From NCBI GenBank assembly GCA_000092065.1, contig CP000586.1: a stretch of 64,000 nt of DNA; one strand, given 5' to 3'. The position numbers and the translations under genes were made by a program. A model generated the notes under the pieces. It saw only the letters and a program-made list of their open reading frames with translations. It searched no databases and was not told the origin of the DNA. This document shows, in pieces, positions 30,901 to 39,900 of this stretch. Within the stretch, counting starts at the first letter, position 1. Every line of letters starts with the position of its first letter. The DNA comes from Ostreococcus lucimarinus. Lineage: Eukaryota.

Positions 30901-33900
30901 TCGTCGTCATGTACAGGCGGAAGTTGTCGTCCCACTCAACTTCAGAATCGCCAAGCTTGATCATCTTCGCTCCGTTTGGAGCGTAGTAGAAACTCTTCTT
31001 CAGCACCGGGTCCAAAACGGGATCAATGTACTCGCCCACGTTTTCTATCAAGAATGGTAAACCATATTCAATGGCGAGCTCGAGTTGTTTCAAAAAGTCT
31101 GCGTCGGTCTGACGTTTAATCTTACCTTCGAGCTGCGCGCCCTCGCGAGATTTGATCCACTTTACCGCTTGCATCTGCGGATCGATACACAGCGGGAATC
31201 GCTCGGCGCGCATGGTGAGTATACCGTTTTGTACGCTAAGCTCATCACCTGGCAACCCTTCGGCGAGCCAAGAATTCATTTCGTTGTCATCTGTGAGTAA
31301 CGCTTGGAGTCTGAATGGTTGACTCAACGGTATGCCGAGCTCCAGCAAATTCTTCTCAAGATGATCGTGAACGAATTGTTTACGAAACTCGTACGTAAAC
31401 GTTCCAGCGTACGACAAGAACGCGGAAGTGATCAAACAATCGCCAACAAGTCGCTCTTTACGGGAATTCAGTTCTTGCATCTCATTCGTCCATCTGACCT
31501 TTTCGCTCGACAGTCCCGAGATGAGTCGTTCGGCGGCGGCGAGACGGTTCGCCATTAGCTCGGCACTTTCCTTCAAGTCTTGCTGACGCGCGCTCTTCTC
31601 TTCGAACTGCGTGCTGAGTTGCTTTAGCTCGATCTGTAAGCTCTTTAACTCAGACTTCGTTTCAACCAATTCGCGTTCTTTAATCTTCAACGTCTTCTCC
31701 GCGTTTGCGACGGCGGCGCGCTTTGGATTCACCATGCGAGCAACTTTGTTGTAATTAATCATAGCAAACACCCATTTCAGCAGACCGGCACCAGCAGTCG
31801 AAATCTTCATCACTTCATCGGGCTTGAATTTTGAGTCTTTTGTGTACTCGCGAATGGCTTTCATCTGTTTTTCTTTGATGCCATCCTTGTCAAACTCGAC
31901 GAGAGATCTTAAGAAATTTGTATCTGCCATCATGCCTTTCGCTCCAGACCACGAGACGTTCGGCAGTCCTTTGAGAATCATCACACATTCACATACTCGC
32001 TGAACCGCGATGTTTGGCTTAGAAAACGATCGGATTTCGGTAATCTCGTCCTTTTTCAGATTATTCAACGCCGCGGCGGCTTCTTCGAGAGCAGGGATTG
32101 CCGCCTCTAAGTCTGCCTCAGCTTCCGTCTTTTCCTTCGCGATACGCGCTGAATCATTGATGAGATCTTCTTCTTTACTCGTTGCGTTAGCTGCTTTAGT
32201 TTCGACTTCCGCCGTGCGCTTCGTGATGCGATCTAGTAAAGCATCACACTCCTTCGCTTGCTGCGTGACGACGATTTGCGCGTCGTTGAGCTTCGTCCGC
32301 ATTGCGTCCACTTCGGTGCTCGCCTGTATTAATTTGTCGAGACCACCACGCAAACGTTTGATTGAAGTTTCAATTGACGCGCGCTGCGTCTTAAGCATTG
32401 CTTCATAGGCGGCGATAAAGTCCAAATAATGCTTCGGAGTGACGTAGTTGTGTCTCTTCAGCTGTGATTTGAACTTTTCGTTGAGAGCAATCGCCGAGCA
32501 GTGCGTGTGCACGACGTGCACGTTAATCTTCTCCGCGAACTGTTCTGGCAAATCTACGTTTATGAGTAATGAAGTGCTTACTTCGAGCAATGCTTCTTTC
32601 GGCCATTCTGTGAACCAGTCGATAACAGTGTTGTTCACCAATCCGGGGAAGTTTCTGCAACGGTGACGCAACGTATCGCCGACGGGAGACATGGCGAGGA
32701 CGATGTGCAAGTTCTTTCGGCAACGCGAAATAAAGTATCGCCAACCTTCATCGCGCGTGACAGAAATTTTATTCGCGTGCAAATCGTCACGAATCGCATT
32801 CACCAAAGCGTCCTTCTCTTCATCGGCGAACAACGCGGGAACCGTACCCGTGGTGAGCATGTTGTTGATTAACTCCAAAAATCCTTCCTCAACGACGTGG
32901 TTGTCGGTGAAAAGAAACATCGTGGGATGATTTTGCACCCCAAGTACGTTGTATAGCTTTTTCAAGTCCTCCCTGAACGACTCATCGTTGTAGCCACGCG
33001 TCAGCGTGATCTCAAACACTTCACAACCCGCCATATCAGCGGCGAGATGCGCGAGCGATTGTTTGCCGCTTCCGCCGACGCCGACGAGAAGCGCATGTCC
33101 ATTTTCTGTTCGAAGTACGCGATGAATACGCGTGATATGCTCTAGCGCATGATCAAACAAGACTAGTTTAGTCGGTGCTGAGCCATCGCTGAGTTTGGCG
33201 TTACGACGATTGATGAGGTCCTCGAACCAAGGTTTGATGGTGGCGTAATCGCCAACGTCAGCGTACGAGCGTAGTCGACTAGAAGGATCGACTTCATCTG
33301 ACGATCCACTTCCATCGATTTGTTTTAGTGGACTGTAGTCGGCGAATAAAATCGGGTTGGATGTGATCGGCGAAGTGTCATCAGTACACCCATGGCGAAT
33401 AAGTGACGATACTTTTCCCAGTACGAAGTCGCGATCTTTGTCCGCAATCAACCTATCGTGAAACACGCGAATCGATTCGTTTCGCCACAGGCGCAAGAAA
33501 TCTGGGGTGTTTCGAACTTTTGCTGACGTCGCTTTCGACATGCCCTCGAACAAGCGACTTAAGTCGCGAAGGTTAAAGATGTAATGAAATCGGCTCGGCG
33601 TCGGCAAAAGTTTGGAGACGACGCTCTTATATAAATCCAAAGTCATATCTACGACGAGTTCGTGCGTCCCGGGCTTGAGAGCCAGCGTTTTTGACGTATT
33701 CGTTATGATTGAACCATAAATTACCTTAAGATTGGTCTCATCCGGGGTCTGCATTTCGAATACTTGGAACATTGAAACAAAGCGTGGGTCCACAACGCTT
33801 CGTGCGCCGCCGGGATGCCCCATGGCTGCGATGTACTGAATATCCTTCATCTGCAGCCAATTCAAATCACGTCCGCGGTCGTACGTGCCTCCACGGCCAA

Positions 33901-36900
33901 TCATGAGTTTTAGCAACGCGATTGGTTGTTGCGTACCGTACTTATCGACGGCAGGCATGTTCAAATCGTCCACGAAGCACAATAAACGCTTGCCGACGGG
34001 TGGACCCACCGTGTCCTTCGTGCGCTTGTCCAGCACATCCATGAGCGAGCTATGCACATCATTTGCGGTCGTACGAGAACTGAAATTCATCGTCACCGTG
34101 TTCGTCTTTCCATCTTGCAATCTCTTTTGTAAATAGTTCTTCACGACAACAGTTTTACTTGTTCCGCTATCGCCGGTGAGAAGCGTATGCGCGTCACAAG
34201 AGCACATGAGGTCGATTAACCAGTTTGTGCGAACCGTGTGCGCGGTTGAAACCAAGAGCGACGAAAATGGAGTGTTTGGTGGCACCTCGAGTGGAGTGGT
34301 GAGACTTTTCCATTCGTACCACGTGTTACGAGTGATATCAAAGCCATAATCATACAACGTCGCGCCCGCCGGCAAAACGTTGCCGAAATTGGCGAGTCGC
34401 CTAACGAAGTCATCGAATCTCGCACGATCAGAGTTTCCAGACGTTTCAACGATAGTCGCACCGAATGACCACACTAAGCAGAAGATAAAAGCCGATTCGA
34501 TCGCCCGAACGTAGTCATCATCCTGGCTCGTCTCCACGTCGCTGGTGGAGTCATCGAGAGCTTCCAAAAAGCTTTGCATCAAAATGGTGAACTGTTTTAC
34601 CACAGATATCACCGGTCGATCGATCGACGTTCGCACGATTGAAATCATTCGCCCGTCAAGTTCTGTGCCGTCGTAGCAAAATGCCGTCATTCTATCCATG
34701 TACTTGTCAAACATACGCAATAACGTTTCGCGGTGCTTGGCGCCGACACCTTCGGACCAAGTCTTGAGGAACGGTTTGAAGCCGAGATTCTTGGGGTCTA
34801 CGTACACCATTCCGCAACGACTTACAGTGGCTGGAGAAGCATACTTTAAGTCGGCCACCTCAAACAAAAGCTTGCAATGGTCTTGAAGACGAATCCGCTC
34901 ACCGTTTGGCAACGTCAGTAGGCGATTATCGTCCATTACGCTATTCATATTTTCGACCCAAACTGCGTCGACATCGCCATCAAATACTATATACTTGAAG
35001 TCGTTCTCACGTCCAATAGCCATCGGTTTGTTGCACTCGCGAAAAATATTCGAAAGAAGACCATCAGTCCAATCTCGCGTATCCGGATCCAATTCGCCAT
35101 AGAGTTCGGCCACCGTTTGCGCTTTTGGATTTAGAGTGTACAACTTCGTATTTCGACCCATCGTAGTTTGCGCGCGAGCGATTGTTTCAAGCATGACAGA
35201 CTTACCTCCACCAGTCTCGCCGACTAACATCGTCGTATGCCTCGTCAACATAGTCTCATACAACTGAATAATTTTGTCCACTTGCTCGCCCGGGCGCGTC
35301 AACACTTGATAGCCATGCTTGGCCAAGTCTTGTTCAATGACATCGTTGAGAGTAGGATATCGAACACGCGGGCAGTCTAGTCCAGGGAATAAATCGGCGA
35401 TCAGACCCAAAAAGAGTGGGACATCGTCGAATACAAACTTTGGCAGATTCATATCCCTCAACGCTCGCATGAGAACTACCTCTTCGGCGAGCTCGGGCGC
35501 ATCGCGCTTCAGCGCGCCAGCCATGACGAGCACCGATTTAAGCGCGCGTAAACCGAAATCATAATGCGATCTTTTGCTAAGTTGCTCTTTAGCCAGGCGG
35601 TACAGTATCGTCATCTTCTTCGCGAGAGCTTTCGCCGCGTTGAAACCTTCGCTAAAGAGCATAATTTCACAAATTTGCTCCAAATCCGGCACAATCATAG
35701 TAACGGGGCGGAACAGAGCCTTCAAGTTATCCGGAAGTTCGGTTCTACCCGCATACCCAGGATTCATAGTGATGAAAATACCGGTGCGTGCGTCGCAATT
35801 GATTTCTTTTCCTTCAAACTGGAATCGTGACAAATTGTGCTTCAACGCTTCTTGAATCTGCTTAATTTGCGATGAGACGACGGACAGCACCTCAGCCTCA
35901 ATGCGATTGAACTCATCGAAGCATCCCCACGCGCCGCACTGCACAAGACCACTAAAAATGGCCCCCATAGCTTTGTAGTCTAATCCTTCACCACAATTGA
36001 ACACGACGCAAAGCAAAGCCATGGACTTTGCCAAATCCTTTGTGGTCTCCGTCTTTCCTGTGCCCGCGGGCCCGCTCGGGGCACCGCCGAGTCTATACGT
36101 CAGCGCCGTAGTGAGCGTGATATAGCAGCGGTCAGTTAGACCAGTGATTACGAGACGCCCATTCAAACCCATGTACTCGTAACCATATCTGAATTCACCA
36201 CTGCACTGATTGATGACGATGTCGTCGCGTGCCTTGTCCCACTTGAAACGAAGTTGCGACTCCCACGCAAAATCTGACTCATCTAAAACAGAATCTCTAA
36301 CGAAAGAGTCGATGATGTCTCGCGCGTGGACGTCAATGATGATCAACGTATTCACTTTTTTTCGTTCGCACGAGCTAAGCTCGCCTCGAACCATTTTCGT
36401 GAGAACCTCGAGTTGCGACGAGAGCTTGTCGCTGTAATTCCGCATGGCGAGTTTATCGCCCGAGCGAATCGATTTGAATACGTTTTGCACTTCCCAGGTC
36501 CACCAAATTTGCGACCCCACAAGGGTGATCATTCCAAGCTGTTCTTTTATCCATTCTTCACGATCGCACGTCATGTATCGCGCGACTCCATACTTGCACA
36601 ACGCGCGTAAGGTTGCCCGCATCTCTTCTTCGACGGCAGACATCCAATCCTCAACAGGGCCTTGAATTTTTACGGGCGACTTGAACTTGAACGATTCCCC
36701 CTCTGCGGACGTAATCCCGACTACGCACGCTTTATCAGACGTAAACGTCAGCTTTGCACAGTTGTCAAACAGCTTCAACATGTGCTCCTGAATTAGTGTC
36801 GGATCGGCAGCACCTAAAATTGAAAGCAGCTCCTCGTCGGAGATGAAGAAGAAGCGCGGAAACGCGTCCCGCTTTGTGTCTAAATATTGACTCAAACTCT

Positions 36901-39900
36901 TTTGACATATCTCCAGCTCCTCGCGAAGGTTCTTCAGCGTTTCTAAGCGCCCTTCGGATTTGCACATGTCTAAAACGAATTTAGTCTTCACAGTTTCCGC
37001 CATGAGTTTGCGTATTTCAGTATCGATGTTGTCAAAACGATCAGCTTCCTCAGGAAGCTGCGTGCGTATGTCGTCTGAGCCACCAAAAATGCTGAGTAAG
37101 TACATCCAACGTTGCTGCGTGTCGATCCACACCTGTAGAACATTGGCCACTAATGCGAGCGTTCCTTCCCACTCGCGCACGCTTTCGATGAGCGGATCAG
37201 CATACCGACTTGCCGACATACTCTGCAAAGTTAATCCCGTGTCTTCGAGCGCGAGCGTAATTTCTTCCACGGCGCAAAGCACGTACGTGGGCTGCGCGTG
37301 CTTCTTGCTTTTGCCTTTGGAGTAAGGTCTAAGATCAAAGCGCATTTCTCGCCATGATCGATCGATCGCGATTAAGTCGTTTTCAATTTTTAGCTCCTTC
37401 TCTGCCGCCGCTGTAATGTCCATGATTTTTTGCGCGTGCGCGTGAAGTTTCATCTCACTCAAGTGTCGCATCGAGAGTTGCGCGCTCTTTACGGTTTCGT
37501 CGTCAAAATCAACAGTCTGAAACACAGACTTCCAGTGACGAGGTCGAATTGCATCAACTTTCAAGCTTTCGATGAGGTTCAAATCAGTTTCGATGTCGTC
37601 AATTTCTTCCCGGACAGCCGCAAAGAGGCGATGCGAATGAAGACTCTTCGGAAGCGTCGAGAGCTGCGTTCGACCAAAAGCCACGACAGAGGCGTACACG
37701 TTCGCGACGACCAACTCTGGAACGAGCGTTTCGTAAAATTGTCGCAACTGACCTCGATACGCTCGTTGACATTCGTATATCTTTGCCATGGAATCCAAAT
37801 CAGTTTTTGCTTGCTCAAGCGATTCAAACGAGCATTGATCGACGCCAAAGACGCGCTCACTGTCTCTAATATCGGCCAATGCATCCAATCTACCGAGAAT
37901 TTCTTCTTTAAACGTCTCAAAACTTTCGAAGCCGGCGTCTAAATTTAGCAAAAGATCGGCGCATGTCGGGCCTTCAGCCTTGAGCCTGTTCGCGAAGCCA
38001 TCACATTCCTCCTGAAATAGGCGCGCCGTTCTTTTCAGTTCCGTCTTGAAGTCTGAAATCTTCAACGTCATGCCTTCGTAAACACGTTCGGCGCGCGCGC
38101 GGAGCTTTTCAAAAGATGGAATCGTCGCCGATGCGCGCTCAAGATCAGAGGGATCGTGTTCTATCCTGTATTTCATTCTCACGGCAAATCGATCGTTCAC
38201 TCCACTTGCCGTCACTTCGGTCGCGGTGTTTTCGCGCACATCTCTGACCGTCTTTACCAGATTCTTCATGGTGAGGAAATCACGTGCGTCGACTGAAAAT
38301 GTATTCTCGCATGCCGCCATGTGCTCGTAAAGGTCATTCAGGAGTTTGACGTCAGCATGATACGTCGCGGCACCGATGTCTTTGATCCACTGAGCGCTCT
38401 TGTTCTTAATGAGGGTGGTCAATTTGTCGGCTCGCACCCGCACAGCGCCGATGTCCACGCTCGCGTCCTCATCCATGGCTTTCATGACGTCCTCGTATCT
38501 AAGTAAAGCGCGTTGAAGACTCAATGCGTTCATATTTTCCGTATGTTTTTCGATCACGAGATCTTTGTCGTCTTTCCACACGGCTTGGTATCGCTTCCAC
38601 ACTTCCATCTGGCGGCGGATTTCACCCGCAAAGAGATGTGAGACGTTGCTCAAAGAGCTCATCGCGTCGCACACGCGTTCGTTCGCTGAAACCTCATTCC
38701 CAAAGTTGAACGCATGAGTCACCGTGTTTGATGCGTCATCGTCGAGTTCTATGGCAAGTAAAGTGGAGAGGCTCAAATCTGAGCTCGAAGTTGCTCGCCG
38801 CGTGGGCATCCCCACACAAGTGCCGTCCATCCATCGGCCGAGCACTGAGGCGGCATTTGCAATGGATTTCGCCGCGTATGCAATGGATCGAATGAGCTCT
38901 TTCAACGGCGGTTCGCACACGATTTCTCCCGCTCGCAGAGTTATATTTAGTTTAAACAGAGTGATGTTCGAAGGGAGCGACTTGTCAAAATACTCCCTTA
39001 ATCGAAGAATGTTCCGCTCCGCAGCGAGAACGAGAGCGTCGTAAATCTCGCTCTCCCAATAGGCATAGTATTCCCTCAAATGCACAACCTTCCCGGTGCG
39101 TGTGCCGAAAACGATTTCTTCGACACAAAGCAAAAGATTCATGATGTTGACGTATTCCTCTCGCACTACCGAAGCCGTTTTGCTGCATTGCGCGGCGAGT
39201 TGAGCGAACAGTTCGCCGCTTTCGCGCTCAACGCCGGATTTTGACAGTGCTTCACAATCGACGAATGATGAGACCGAGATCTTTTTCACTGACCGCTCTA
39301 GATCGCCAGCGTGCGTTCGCACGCCATCTATAACAGTTGTAAAGTCCTTAAGTTCCGTTGTGTACGCCGCGACAAAGTCAGGAATACCCAAAGAGTTCCA
39401 ATTATACGTCTTCAGTCCTCGATGAAGAGACGCGCTATTCAGTACCGCCACGCGCGTGCGGAAGAGTTGACGCTCCAGTGGTGACAGTGAATCGAGTACG
39501 TCGCGACGATGAGCGAGCATTTTACTAAGCGTGCATCTATAAGCGCTGTATTTTTCGCTTTGCAATGCCACGCCACGCGCCTCTGCTGGGATGTCGAAGC
39601 CAAGTCGTTCCAGATTTCGAGTCTCCTTGATTAGGCTTGTGAGCGCTGGGTGGAAATTCATAATCACGTCGTCCCCACTCTCATTCTTCGATAATATAGG
39701 TTGCATAAGGCATGATGTCAAAGTAGAGTCTATTTCTTCTTTCCAAGTTAACACGCGCTGCTTCTCGTAGTTCATGATAAGTTTTGCCAAGGCTAAAAAC
39801 TTTGCGTTCACCTCTTGCGCCGCCGGCGTGTCGCGAATACCTCGTTGATCCTCGACGCACGCGTTGAACGATTTCATGGTAACTCGCAGCTTGTAAAACA